Assembly (NCBI GenBank): GCA_043228905.1
Contig: JBHGNT010000001.1
Span: 21,886,001 to 21,950,000, forward strand
DNA from: Azolla caroliniana
Lineage: Eukaryota > Plantae > Polypodiophyta
Direction: 5' to 3'
Length of the DNA stretch: 64,000 nucleotides
Shown: positions 1-12,785 of the stretch, piece by piece
Layout: the number at the start of each line of letters is the position of its first letter
Numbering within the stretch: position 1 is the stretch's first letter
Position numbers and translations under genes: made by a program
The notes under the pieces: generated by a model
What the model was told of the DNA's origin: nothing
Seen by the model: the letters and a program-made list of their open reading frames with translations, nothing else
Database searches by the model: none

Positions 1-1190
1 CCACAATCAGGCTCCTTTTGCAGAACTTCATGACGTCGTTCCAGATGCTACCTATGTAGCCTTCGTCATCCAACCGACCGGCTGATATCAGATTTAGTCG
101 AACTTCCGGAACATGTCGGACATCCTTCAACACTAGTCGACACCCAGTCGACGTCACCAGACACACATCTCCTATACTGACAATTTGGCATGCTCCATCA
201 TTTCCCATCTTTACAAGACCATGGTCTCCGGCCTTGTACGATGAGAAGCACTTTCGGTCAGGGGTTAGGTGAAACGACACACCCAAATCGACCACCCATG
301 TTGATTCATCGTCGACATGATTTAGTTCTTTCTGCTTGTTGATCAACAATAGTTACTCCTCACTTGTCGCAATCGCCGAGGTGTTCTTCCTCTCCGAAAT
401 CTTCTTCAGTTGAACACCGTCAGCTCCCCCTTTTTCCAGATAGTGTCGGCAATTTTTTCTAGAAGTGCCCTGGTTTCACACAATTGAAGCATGTGGGCCT
501 CCCCCTTGACTTTGACCTAGTCCCCAACTTTTCCCGGTTTTGGGGACTTCTGTTTCAGCCTCTTCCCCGATTTGTGTCACTTTCGGTGACTAAGGCCTTT
601 GGGTCGGAAATTGCCTCTCTATCTTTCCTACGAGCTTCCTCATTCAACAAGCTCGACTTCACCTTCTCTAGGGATAAGTGTTTCCCTTCTAGTTCGGCAT
701 TACCTAGTGTGACAACAAGTGTCTCCCAACTGTCCGGAAGGAATCCCAACAATAATAACGCTAGTACCTCGTTGGCTAGAGGTACTTCCAAAGAGGTGGT
801 TTGGTTTATTAGTCCTTGGAAGGCATTTAGATGCTCCGCCATGTTGGAGCCATCTTGATACCGGAGTCTCACTATTTTCCAGAACACTAAGAATCTGTTG
901 ACGACATTCTTGTTCTTGAACATAATGCCGATCTTCTCCCAAAGAACATCTGCTTTGTTCTCTTCATTAAAGTTGTTGTATAGTCTCATGTCTATAAAAC
1001 ACCTTATATACACTGGTGCCTTCAAATGCATGACTTCCCAAGTCGATGCATCGATCTTATTAGGCTTGGTCTTCCCATATTGGATCGACAACCATCAATC
1101 TTTGCACACCAACATGTCCCTCATCTTCGACTTCCACACAGAATAGTTGGAGTCGGTAAGTTTGAACATGCCGCCAAATGAGTCTTCCAT
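1..1190 (-). pseudogene. Ty1/Copia (Tork/Tnt1-like) gag-protease region, disrupted; runs off window start
   Basis: ATG at 1190 (MEDSFGGMFKLTDSNYSVWKSKMRDML); gag UBN2-like LLGFLPDSWETLV; zinc knuckle near 450-500; protease WVVDLG.SFH near 270-300; homologous to 60302-62053. Confidence 0.9.
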
Positions 1191-1203
1191 CGCTCTCATA
1201 CCA
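1191..1203 (-). promoter_or_regulatory. Primer-binding site (tRNA-iMet type, one mismatch)
   Basis: Minus strand TGGTATGAGAGCG, 3 nt from the LTR end at 1207 and directly followed by the gag ATG. Confidence 0.85.
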
Positions 1204-1206
1204 GTT

Positions 1207-1400
1207 TGTTGAGATCGGAGCCGGCCACAACCGATTTATACTCTAGTGCATGCGGGTGCAAAGATTTGAATGAACAGAAAAACAGAAAGCAAAATACAAG
1301 TGCTATACACAAGATGTTTTACGTGGAAACCCGAATAGGGAAAACCATGGGAGTCCACGAACTCTTCTTCATATAATATACTTCTTGGTATCATACTTCT
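1207..1400 (-). repeat. Partial 5' LTR of the Tork-like Copia (right boundary approximate)
   Basis: Ends ...AACA next to the PBS; shares cggccacaaccga and gatgttt.acgtggaaa with the LTRs at 58564 and 62083. Confidence 0.65.
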
Positions 1401-1409
1401 CTCTTCCAC

Positions 1410-1501
1410 TCTCTCTCTCTTTCGTGATCCTCACACAGTCTTTTCTGTCTTCTCTACATCTCTAGTACTAATTCTCTCTGCCTTTAGTACTATTCTTGAC
1501 A
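1410..1501 (+). repeat. U5-end fragment of a Tcn1-like LTR
   Basis: ctctagtactaattctctct...ttagtactattcttgaca matches the reverse complement of 51396-51490. Confidence 0.65.
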
Positions 1502-1700
1502 AACCCAAGAGAGATAGATAGATTCTATTATTGCCTTTGAAGGTCAAATATCTTGTAATACCAAAAATATTACATTTGACGTAATACATGTGAAACTGAG
1601 TAGCGACTCTCGATGTTCAAGAACTTTACCAATGAATGTTGCAATGAAACGTGCACATTGTGGGTCTAAGAGAAATTCATGCAAGGATTGGGTTCGATTG

Positions 1701-2095
1701 TGTTGTCTGCCTGGCCGGACTAGCCTCAACACAGGTGTCTATCCGACACTCCTCCAAAGGGGTGGTAAGGATTAGATGCTAGGTTACACGCGTAAGATGA
1801 TTACAATTAAGCACAGACGGTAAAACAATACAGAGATACAGATAAACACGCAATAATTCTATTTGTATTACTTTCGTCCCCCAAAACCTTTACAAATCAT
1901 CGGATCCTTTTATAGGCATCCGGCAAGGTTACAATCGGTGCGCTTAGGCAACCGGCATCCGAATCGGTCCGGATCTAGATCGGTACAACTGTACCGGATC
2001 CGTCCCTCCGAATAATAATTCTACTATTATTTACTTCCTATTATCCGATCCGACTCTGCCGTCCCACTTGTCCTTGCTCTTCTGACCGGTCAACA
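1701..2095 (-). repeat. 3' LTR of Gypsy element
   Basis: Direct repeat of 11298-11692. Confidence 0.95.
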
Positions 2096-2235
2096 CATGG
2101 CACGCCCGTGGGAAAGTGCCTTGCACTTCGAATCCACTCCCGGCCTCATTCTACCTCCAAAATATCGAGCACACTCTGCTCGATGGTGTCAAGTGGTGCT
2201 TCTTCCTCCAATTCCTGTTCCTTGCCTGCCTGGTC

Positions 2236-5200
2236 TCAGACCTCCGGTTGGGTTGGCTGTTCCGTAAAAATTTGTTGCTCCGGCTCTGCTTGATTCTGTG
2301 GTGCCGGTGCTTCCTCACCACTCCGTCCGGGTTCTTCCTGTTCTCCCTCCGTTCCCGGCTCTGTTCTGTTACCAGTGTCGCTTTCTCCGGTCTCGACTGG
2401 TCTGCTCGGTACGCCTTCTTCCTCTGCTCTGGTGTCTTCCGGTCTCAGCTCTTCTTCTTCTCCGACATCGGTCTGCTCCTGCTCTTCTTGATTTCCTTCG
2501 AACGGAAGTTCTTCTTCGGGTATTCCTTGTCGGGGTTGTTCGGTGTCGGTTGGTTCAACTTCAGCCGGTCGCTCTCCCTCACTTATAGTGATTGGCGTCG
2601 TTCTTCCCTTGGCTTCCTGTCGTAACCGGTCCTGCTCGTATTTCTCCAACTCCAACTGAGTTGCGAGCTGCCCGTCATCCAACCTCTCTACCAACCCTCG
2701 GATTTCTTTGAGATGTTCTTCCGCTAAAGCGTAGAAATCCTCCGACAATTCTTCCCGAATGGCGACGATACTTTCTTCATCCATCTTGTAGAACTTGTCA
2801 CCGGTCTTCCTCCGATTCTCGGCATCAGCTCGGAGTGTCTACAGCTCGGCTGCCTGTTGTGACCACTCCTTCCATAGCTTTTCCGTACTTTCGTTGATGC
2901 TTGCCTGAGCTCGGGTACTCCAACCTGACATGATGAGCTTGATCCGGTCAACCCCCGCCTTAGCATGCGCATAAGCTTCTTGCTTTTCCTTCCTTGCCCG
3001 TTTTATAATGTCGGCCATTATCTGAGCCTGGGCCTCGTAATCCGCTTTCTGCTTTTCATAGGTACTTTGCAGTTTGTTGATCGTGAAGGTCGATCTTTCC
3101 TTTTCTTCATTCCTGATCTTGGTCAGATCCAGCTTTTCCCGCCTTAGCGCCTCTAATTCCTTCCTTCTCTCCGTTGCTTGGGTTATTTCCGCCGACAATG
3201 CTTCCTTTTTGGCACTGACCTCATCCATTGTCTTAGCCAGGTCTAATTGGGTCTCTTTGAGCTGTTCTTTCAGCTTCTCTATTTGCCGGTCGTAGTTTGC
3301 TGCCCGTTTCTTGTTGTCCGACTCGGCCTGCTTGTGATCTCGGTAGAGACGGTCGAAGTCCTCCGTCTTCTGCTTCAGGCGTCGGTTTGCCTAAGCTCTT
3401 AACCGGTCATCCCGGTCCTTTTGTTGTCAGAGTTCTTCCTGCAGTCGTTCTATCTCCTGCTCGGCATGTCGACGCAGTCGGTCCTTCTCCTTTTGCAGCT
3501 TCTCTTTTTCTTCTTGCAGTCGGTCATTAGTGGCTCGGCCTTTCCGGAGGCCTTCTTCCATTTTCCGTCTGTTGTCCTCCACCACTTTCCGCTGCTCCCT
3601 TTCTTTTTCCCTTAATGCCTCCTGAGCTTTTAACTCCTCTCGTAAGGTTTCTATTATTTTTTCGGTCTCAGGGCCGGTTTGCAAGGCTACCGGTTCCGGT
3701 TCCGGTTCTGGTTGCTTCCTTGTTGTCCCGACCGGCTCAGTGACAACTTGTGCTTGTTGAATTCCTTCCCTTGCCTGCAACAACTCCCCTTGCAATTCCT
3801 CGATTTGTGTTCGGAGCGCAACCAACTCCTGGGTTGTTGTATGCGTCAGATGTTGCCTACACGTTTCTTCTTCCTCTAACTGGTCCGCTACTCCCGATAA
3901 CTGCTCCGAAAGCCATCTCAACCATTGTGGCTTTGTGCTTCCTGTGTCGGGGTAGCCTTGCTCACTTCTACTCCTTAACTCAGGTTGTTTTTCCGGCCTT
4001 TTCTCTGGGATGACCGGTTCTCTGAAGTCCGGCAAAACCGGTGTCGGTGCTGCTTCCCTCGGTACGGGTTCTGGTACTGCTTCCGCCTCGGCTACTGGAG
4101 GTGGTCCTTGCGCCCTCTGCTGAGTTTTGTCAACTGGTGGAGCCGGTCCTTTCGCCCGTCTCTCCCTACCTTGTCTTGCTAGGAGTCTTACCAGTGGTTC
4201 GGATGAGTCTTCTGTTTCAGCTTCCTCCTCCGGTGCGGCTACCAGACGGACCTTTTGTATAAAGACCTCTGGTTCCGGTTCCGGCCGTCTCAACGTTATA
4301 TTGATTGGTTTGAGCGCTACCGGTTCCTCCTCGGCCGATTTCCCTTTGCCTTTTCCTGCCGGTTTTGCCTTTGTTGCCGGTTCCTGTTGCTGTCGGGATG
4401 GTCCTTCCCCCCACTATTCTGCTTCTTCCTGGGTCCATCCAGGGGTGTGTTTCTCCAGGATATGTCGGCGCTTTGTGACCTTTTTCGGCGTCGTCTCCTG
4501 CCGACCTCTTTTCTTTTGTTTGATGGGGAGCACCGGTGGGACTAACACCGTTAGCCATTGTGCTATCCCGGCCCATGGATTTTTTCCTTCCACAAGGTTC
4601 TTGATGGCCTCCTTCAATCCTTCGGTTATGAAGTGGAGCCAGTCCACTTGTAATCCTTCGTACGCTGCAATTAAGAACGTTGCCCGGTACCTGGCTATGG
4701 CCGGGGGACGAGGATTCACGAATCCGTATTCCATCATGGCGCGGGCCACTTCTCCGAACAACAGGTTCTCTCCGCCCTGTGTTCGGTACGCCTTGCCGCT
4801 GATAGAATACTCACCGAAATATTCGAACAGGATTTCACTTGAAGGGTTTTCGATTGTTTGAAGTCCTCCTGCTTTTATCCCCGTGAGCGCCTGCACCGCT
4901 CCTTCCGTGATTTCTGATAAATCAATCGATGCTGCCGCCTGCTCTGGTTCTGCGTGTGGTGGAGCGTCGGCGATCCGCAACAATCCTTTTAACCCGTTCT
5001 CCCCCATCCATTGGCGTGCCTCCTCCGATAGTGCCATTGGTTCGACTTCTTCTTCTGCTGTCTGTTGTTCGGGATCGGGCTGTGTGTGTGCTGTGCGTCG
5101 GATCGCTCTTCTATGCTTCTGCGCCTGTGTGTAGGAAAATTCGTAAAAAGTAAGTCCTTCGCAGGCCTGTGTCTTATATAGTGGCTTTTGCCTCGAGCCG

Positions 5201-5301
5201 CCCTTTTTCGTTTCCCGCGCATGTTCATCTCTCGCCATAATTAGTATGTCCTTTCTTGCTTGCCGCGTGTGAGTGCCCACGTTCCATGCTTTAAATAACA
5301 A
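2236..5301 (-). pseudogene. Extra 3' ORF of the Gypsy element (~1000 codons; globular N-terminal part, then coiled-coil and acidic regions), in-frame stops; start uncertain
   Basis: ORF pieces 4414-5301, 3427-4293, 2839-3228 and 2236-2784 are all in one frame, separated only by stop codons; lies between INT and the 3' LTR in sense orientation. Confidence 0.8.
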
Positions 5302-5451
5302 GTACGCACACGTCCTTCTTTACTGCATGGTGCCTCTTCGTTGCATGGTGGCGCTCCCACCTCTTGTGATCTCCCCATCACTACTATGATTTATTTATTT
5401 ATTTATTTATTTATTATTATTATTTTTTTTTTTCTGTTTGTTTGGACCACG

Positions 5452-8400
5452 TCATTTTTTGGTCCCCCCTGATTTGTTCGGGTCGGTTCGTGCTGATACC
5501 GGATCCTTCTGTCGGTTTTCCGGGATAGTCTTTGTCAGTATCGGTGTCGGTTCTTCCTCGGTCCGGATATCTTCAGCAACGTCTGTCGGTGTCGGTTCCT
5601 CATCTTGCCGGATTTTCGGGTTTTGCTTGAACGGGTTGGCTGGCATATTTCCCTTATACGGCTTTAGCCGAAACCCATTTGCCCACTTACCGATGACTTC
5701 TCCAGACAACGTGCCGAGCTGATACGACCCATTGTACTCCTTGGTGATCCAGAACGGTCCGGTCCACCGAAACCGCAACTTTCCCGGCATGTTCCCCATC
5801 CGTGTCTGGAATAGTAGCACCGGTTTCCCGACTTCGAACTCCTTTTCGTTGCCACGCCGGTGTCGGTCCACGAAAGCTTTTCTCCTCCTTTGCTCCAGTT
5901 CGAGTTGTAGTAAGCTGGCTATTCGGTTTTCTTCTAATTCCAACAACGTCGCCAGCCGGATTCGTTCAGACTCCTTCTCACTTAAGCGCTCCTTTACCTG
6001 GATCCGTAAGCTGGGGATCTGGAACTCTACCGGCATGACCGCTTCTAAACCGAATGCTAGTCGGAACGGGGTTGTCCGGATGCTGGTTTTGTACGTTGTT
6101 CGGTACGCCCATAGCGCGCTTTGCAATTTCGTATCCTAGTCGGTCCGGTTCTCGTTGACAATTTTTCGTAGGATGTTCTGCAGAGTTTTGTTCGTTGATT
6201 CCGCTAGTCCATTGGCTTGAGGGTAGTAGGGAGTACTCTTTTTATGTACCACCGCGTAAAATGACGTCAGGCTTTCTACTACCTGCCTGAGAAAATGTCC
6301 TCCTTGGTCACTTATAAGCTCGATCGGGCATCCATACCGGCACCATATGCACTCGTACAAGAACTTTGCCGTGGACGCGACCGTGTTGTCCCGTAAGGCC
6401 TTTGCTTCTACCCATTTGGTGCAATAATCGGTCGCCACTATGACATACCGATTTCCGGTTCGCATTGCCGGTGGCTTGAAGGGACCGACAAAGTCCAAAC
6501 GCCACTTTGGTGTGGCATCCGAGCCTGCTCCGTGGGTTGGCCCAGTCGTTGACACAAATCGCATTCTCTGCTATACTTCACGGCATCTTTTAGGGTGGTG
6601 GGCCACCACAGTCCGCTCTGCCATATTTTCCGAGCGGTTGCGTCGCCGGCATAATGCCCGCCGGCAATTCCACAGTGGGCTTCCCTGAGGATTAAATCCT
6701 TCTCATCGCTTCGCCCTGCTCATCTCCAGATGCCATCTGCCCCCTTGTGATAGAGGGTGTCTCCAACCAAGCAGAAATGTCTGCTTCTTACTGCTACCCT
6801 TTTCCTTTCATCGCGGTCCATGTTCTCCGGGGGTACTCCGGTGCTCAGGAACTGATGCATCTCAGTTAGCCACGTGTCTTCATCGGCTACCGTTGCATCC
6901 GTTGCCAGTTCCGTCGTGATCCGGAACAACTCGGCGTCGGGGAACTCATCCTGGACGCCGTCCCTTGCTTCTCCGGATTCGAGTTTGCTTAGGTAGTCCG
7001 CTACCGCATGCTGCGCCCCGGGTCGGTGGAAAATGTCGAATTCAAAATCCTGTAACAGCAGTGTCCATCGTGCAATTTTTCCCGTCAGGGATGCCTTCGA
7101 GACTAGGTAGAGTAGTGCCGAATGGTCGACATGGAAGGAAAACTTCCTTCCGAGCAAGTAGTGTCTGTACTTTGTGACACTATACACCATTCCCAATGCC
7201 TCGCGTTCCGTCGTAGAGTAGTTCCGTTCGGCTTTTGAGAGTTTCCGGCTTGCGTAGTACACCGGTCGGTACCATTTCGGTTCCGTGAGTTGCATCAGAA
7301 CACTGTCAATTGCTACGTCCGACGCGTCGACGAAGACGTGAAAGCTTTTACTCCAATCCGGCGGTTGCACCACCGGAGCTTGCGACATCATAACCTTCAA
7401 CGCTTGGTAGGCTTCCTCCTCCATCTCCGCCCATAGGAAGGGTACCCTGTGTACAGCGGTATGTAATGGTGTAGCGAAGTCTGCGAGGTGCCATATCATC
7501 CGGCTATGCCACCTTATTTGGCCCAGGAACCGGCTTAAAGCCTTTGCGTTATTTGGTGTTGGGGCCTCCAGAATCGCCTTGACTTTATCCGGATCTACCG
7601 CGATTCCTTCCTTACTCACCACGTGCCCTAGTAAGTTGCCGCTTGCCACTCCAAAGACGCACTTGGCCGGGTTCAGACTCAACCGGTACTCGCGACACTT
7701 CTCCAAGCACAACCGGAGGTGATCGAGATGCTCTCCGTGCCGGCTGTAGACCGTGAAATCGTCAAGGAAGACCTGCGTAAAACCGGGGATATATTCCCCG
7801 AAAATTTCCATTATTATCCTTTGAAAGGTCGCTGGAGCCGTCTTTAGTCCGAACATCATCACGACTGCGACGAACACTCCCCATTCCGTAACGAACGTTG
7901 TCTTCTCCTGGTCGGCCGGGTTCATTCGTATTTGGTTGTAGCCGCTAAATCCATCCAGGAAGCTGTAAACTTCGTGGCCGGCTACCGCATCTAACACCCC
8001 GTCCATAAATGGTAGTGGAAACGCATCGGTCACTGTTGCGGCATTTAGTTTGCGATAGTCCACGCATACCCGGATTTTGCCGTTCTTTTTCGGGACCACC
8101 ACTATCGGACTCAGCCAGGTTGCCTGCTTGACCGGTTGGATAAATCCGACCCGGAGGAGCTTATCAATTTCCTCCTTCACCTTCGCCGCATAATTCGTAT
8201 TCATCCGGTACCTGCGTTGAGCGATCGGTTTTGCGTCCGTACTTAGGTGAATTTGGTGCTGATAGAGCTGGGGGTCCAGCCCTCGCATGTCTTCGTACGA
8301 CCACGCGAACACATCCTTGAAGTCTGTTAATAATGCTACCATTGCCTTCTTTTCTTCCTTCGGCAATTCCTTTGCGACATTTATCGGTCGGGGCTTGTCT

Positions 8401-11246
8401 GTTGTGCCGAGGTCCACCTCCTCTAGTTGGGATGCTTTTACCCTCTGGGATATCGTCATTTCCCTCTCTAGGGATTCCTGCGCTTGTCGCAGTTCCCGGA
8501 TCGCTGCTTGGTCCGGTTCGTCCGGCGTCGTAATGTACGGTTCTACTGCCGCCGTGATATCCACCTCAAATAGTGGGACGATTCGTGGGTGTTCCTCAAG
8601 GTACCGCTCGACTTCCTCGTCTGGTAATCCCTCCAACATGTTGATGCTTTCCGCATACAATGGAGTTGCTTCCTTACTGGCGATCACCCGTGGTTGCGTC
8701 GTTACTCGTACCTTTGTTTTCCCTCGCCGGAATGTGATCATGTTCTTTTGCCAGTTCTGCTTGATATGCGCCGTTCGCAGCCATGGTCGTCCTAGCAGTA
8801 GGGGGTACGCGCCTTGTACATTCAGTTGCAGCACCACGACCGATATCCGGAATACGTGGCCTCCGATCGTTACTTCCAAATCCCGGATAAGCCCGGTCGG
8901 TTGGACTGAGCTGGTATCCGCCATGCGTAACCAGAAGGGGCATGGTTCCCATTCCCGAATGCCCAGGTTATCGCATGTCTGTCGGCTGATGACATTTACC
9001 CCAGAGCCTCCGTCAATAATCGTTCCAGCAATTTCCTTTCCTTTCACGATTGCCGTGATCGCCGGGCTACTTGTATCGACCACCGCTGGTCCTTCCTCCG
9101 GGTTGGAGAAGAATGTCGGTGCTGGCGTCGGCTTCGGTTTGCTCACGGATGCCTGTAAGTCTACCGTAAACCGTGGCACCAACTGTAGTAGTCGTGCTAA
9201 CGGCAGCACGATTTGGCAGTCCTGTAGCGCTTGCCACGTCGGGTTTTCTCCTGGCTGTATGATTTCTTCGTCTTTTGGCATATTTTGGTCTCTGACTTCT
9301 GCCGCATTCTGTTCATTGGCCTCCTTGATCCATTGCGCCGCTTGTTTTCTTATTGCCTCCTGGGCTTCCCTCTTGGCGGTCTTTCCCTTTGACCGGGTTG
9401 TGACCTGTTGTACTTCTGTTATTTCGGCTGTAACCATGTTGACTGCCGGCTGCTTGTCATTGGTTTTGCTTGGGCATTGGTTACTATAATGGCCTTCCTT
9501 ACGGCAGCAATAACAGTACACCTTGTGACTGTTGCTCATTTCTCCTTTGTCCCCGGTTTGGAGGGTGGGTATGCTTCGGCGGTCGTCTTCGGTTTTTCGG
9601 TTATCCGGTACCGATACCGGGTTGTCATTCCTTGCTGCCTCCCGACGTTCCTCTCTTCGGAAAAATCCACGCTTCTGATTTCGTCGGAAATTTCGGTTCC
9701 CTTGTCGCCTCTCTTCTCTGCGTCGTTCGTATTCCGGGGATTCGTCTCGGTCGTACCGGTCCCGGGGGTAGCTATCTCTGCGTTTCTCCTCTCGGTCATA
9801 GTTATCGCGTCTTCTATCAGCGTATCTGTTACCACATTCACGTTGGTAGCGGTCGTCTCTCCGGAATCGATCCTCATCCGGGTTCTGATTGCGCGGTTCT
9901 ATGTGTCGAACCGGTGCTGCCTGCCGATTTAACAGGTTATATTCGCATCGGTCCGTTGTATGGGCTCGAGAGTTGCAGATCATACATTGTGTCCGCAGGG
10001 TGTAGTCTACTGTTGAGTGGCCCGAATTTAGGCATGTTGTGCATTGTAAGGCCTGTCGGAACCTCAGGTCTTCCTCCTTCGGGAGTGCCCGGTGTAACAT
10101 CCCCATCGACAAGAAGGAGCTAGTCTTGTCCATTTCTAAGACCCGATCAATAACTTGGTCCATTGTGCTGGTGTGGAAATCAAGGACTCCGCACATTGTT
10201 CGAAGTGGCTCTTTCAGCGCGGCCAAAAAGATTGCTTTGGCTTCGTCTTCGGGTGGTGCTCTCGTCAGTTGGCTATGCAGGGTCTGAAACCGAATGATGA
10301 ATTGTGGCACAGTCTCGTTCTCTTCCTGTCGGGTGGTGTAGAACTGCTCGACCAATTCCCTTTGCTCAACTTGTCTGTGAAAAAGCCTGAGGAATTTGGC
10401 CTTCAAGGCATCGAATGTGGCAAAGCTGCCCGGTAAGTGCTTTGCGTGCCATCGGGCCGCCGGTCCTTCTAAGGTCATGCCGAATTCGGCGACTTTGGAC
10501 CGTTTGGCTTCGGGCTCTGTCAGTCTTTGGGAGACATGGTTGGCTTCCCATGTTTGGAGGAATGCGTACACGTGTGCCTCCGTGTTGGGCTCATCCCGGT
10601 ACTTTGGGTATGGGCACGGCATCGTGTCGTCCAACTGACTCTCCTGCTTTCTCCGCTCTCTGTCCGCTGTTGGCGTCGGTGTGAGAACCTTTGGTTCCTC
10701 CACGGTTGGTGCCGGTATCCGCTCCTTCAGCTCCTCCGCGGGTGTTGCTGGTGTCCGGTCCTTTGGTTCCTCCGTGGGTGTTGTCGGTATCCGCTCCTTC
10801 GGTTCCTTCGCGGGTGTTGTCGGTATCCGGTCAGCCTCCCTCAGCGATTGCCAGTCACCGAACTCTAGGGTTATTTCTTCCTCTGGCTCCGGTGTTACTA
10901 AGTCTTCCGACCCCTCTTCCCCCGGGTCGTTTGGTGTGTCATGGCTGCTTTTATACCGGGACGCAACGCTTCCGTCGCTTTCCGACTCCGCCTCAAGTGT
11001 TGCGAATGCTTCCGAGTCCCCGTCGCCCCCGGCGAGCGTCTGTAGTATTGTTTCCGCCTCTTGCAGGCTTGTTATGTTACTGCCTTCGTCGGGGACTTGC
11101 AGAACCCGGAACTGCAGTGCTTCTTCTGCGACTCTCCGAAGAGTTCTGGAGAATGACCGATCTCGCCGGATCTCGTCGACGGCTTGCTGCAGGGCTTCCC
11201 GTCGTTGCTCTCGTTCAGTGATGTGGTCGTCGTTTGGTCTAGACAT
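5452..11246 (-). pseudogene. Gypsy gag-pol polyprotein (gag, CCHC knuckle, protease, RT, RNase H, integrase), stops and frameshift in INT
   Basis: CYCCRKEGHYSNQC; IIDGGSG; VCVDYRKLN; VFLDDF; FHVFVDAS; INT DFVGP...ISDQG...YYPQANGLAE; GPF motif. Likely start is the ATG at 11246 because the tracked start (11354) lies inside the LTR. Confidence 0.93.
10675..10830 (-). repeat. 36-bp coding tandem repeat (RIPTTPAKEPKE-like, 4-5 units) in the gag N-terminal region
   Basis: RIPTTPAKEPKE/RIPTTPTEEPKD/RTPATPAEELKE/RIPAPTVEEPKV. Confidence 0.85.
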
Positions 11247-11280
11247 CCATCCCCGGTTGTCCTCTGCACTTTGCAGGAAT

Positions 11281-11291
11281 CGTGGTCGCCA
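11281..11291 (-). promoter_or_regulatory. PBS TGGCGACCACG (probably tRNA-Arg)
   Basis: 6 nt from the 5' LTR end; tRNA identity recalled from plant tRNA-Arg 3' ends, not searched. Confidence 0.7.
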
Positions 11292-11297
11292 AAATAG

Positions 11298-11692
11298 TGT
11301 TGTCTGCCTGACCGGACTAGCCTCAACACAGGTGTCTATCCGACACTCCTCCAAAGGGGTGGTAAGGATTAGATGCTAGGTTACACGCGTAAGATGATTA
11401 CAATTAAGCACAGACGGTAAAACAATACAGAGATACAGATAAACACGCAATAATTCTATTTGTATTACTTTCGTCCCCCAAAACCTTTACAAATCATCGG
11501 ATCCTTTTATAGGCATCCGGCAAGGTTACAATCGGTGCGCTTAGGCAACCGGCATCCGAATCGGTCCGGATCCGGATCGGTACAACTGTACCGTATCCAT
11601 CCCTCCGAATAATAATTCTACTATTATTTACTTCCTATTATCCGATCCGACTCTGCCTTCCTACTTGTCCTTGCTCTTCTGACCGGTCAACA
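11298..11692 (-). repeat. 5' LTR of Gypsy element
   Basis: Direct repeat of 1701-2095. Confidence 0.95.
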
Positions 11693-12262
11693 CATTGAAG
11701 ATGTGTTGAAAGCATGGCCAAATATGATCAAAGGGAGAGCACTAACTCAGATTCTTGAACTTGTTTAGGGCAAAGTGTGCATAGTTAACGACTCTCATCA
11801 CTTGTGCCCTGACGCCCCATCTCACATCGCAATGCATGTGAGCTAAGTCGAATGGATGCAATGGTTCGAATGTCAAACAACAATATGGGCTCTAACATGT
11901 ACCATTTCAAGATGCAAAACATTAAACTAGAAATAAATCAATAACTGGTTTGGCCCAAATATATTCAGTCTAAACCGGTTTAGGGTTAACTGGTTTAGCT
12001 CCAACTGGTCGAGGGTTCAATTCAAGTTTGAAGTCATCTAAACCGGGTAAGACTTCTACTCACACACACACCACCACATTCGTAAGATGACTTAACCACA
12101 TTAAAGAGTACTCCCAATAAGCACAACAATAAAGTCGGAAACCATATCACTAGCAAGGATAAGATGGGAAGCACGTAAAACGATTCAAAAGGTAGGAATG
12201 GGCACGGTTTCGGCTCAAACCAAATTGAACCGTTAAGCCGTGGTGTAACGGTTTATTGGTTT

Positions 12263-12691
12263 TGTTGAGTGGCAAGCTCAACCGGAGCCGGATCGGCTGA
12301 ATAAGCCGGAGCCGGTAAGCGAGACGGATCGGGCGAAACAGATCGGTATTACGGTGAGCAACCGAACCGGCAAGCAGTGGAGGCCGGGTGCAATCCGTAA
12401 CCGGAAGTCCAATCGGAAGCCTAGTATAGGATAGACTACTAGGTAGCTATAGTCTCGTAGTAAGTGTTAGATGCTCGTGTGAGCATTGAAGTACATGGTA
12501 CTTCTGTCAGTCCCAAGAGGACTTGTATAAATAGTGCTACTTAGCACAGTGTGTGTACAAAGTCTTGATATAATTTTGAAATTGTGTTATGCTCTCTCTG
12601 TCTCTCTCTGTCTCTCTGTGTCTCTCTGTGTCTCTCTGTGTGTGTGTGTGTTGTTCTCTATTTTACGCTTCCGCAAACACTTACGTTTACA
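12263..12691 (+). repeat. 5' LTR of Copia
   Basis: Near-identical to 17805-18209 apart from the (CT/GT)n tract length and a few substitutions. Confidence 0.95.
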
Positions 12692-12785
12692 TGGTATCAG
12701 AGCGCGAGGGTTGAGAACCTCTGATGCAGACATTTTCTCTTGAGAATAAAACCCTAACAGGTTGAAAACAGACACAGTAGAAGAC

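Larger units (their letters stand above)
1701..11692 (-). mobile_element. Full-length Ty3/Gypsy non-chromovirus LTR retrotransposon with extra 3' ORF
   Basis: Two 395-bp LTRs (TGTTG...CAACA, about 7 mismatches), imperfect TSD gattg/cattg, PBS, order gag-PR-RT-RH-INT, no chromodomain or additional RNase H seen. Confidence 0.95.

Noticed and set aside
1188-1203. PBS abutting the gag ATG as a special mechanism
   Set aside because: The sibling at 62051-62080 has a ~15-nt leader, and very short leaders are common in Copia elements.
2236-5301. env gene call for the extra ORF
   Set aside because: No signal peptide or transmembrane helix is visible.
8287-9489. 400-aa plus-strand ORF and similar long antisense ORFs (4127, 10681, 31090, 37677)
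   Set aside because: Shadow frames opposite coding or GC-rich sequence, with no recognisable motifs.
11247-11354. N-terminal 36 aa of the tracked 1544-aa ORF
   Set aside because: Starts at a non-ATG codon inside the LTR and crosses the PBS; the ATG at 11246 is more plausible.
11978-11987. Telomere-like TTTAGGGTT
   Set aside because: Single occurrence, expected by chance.
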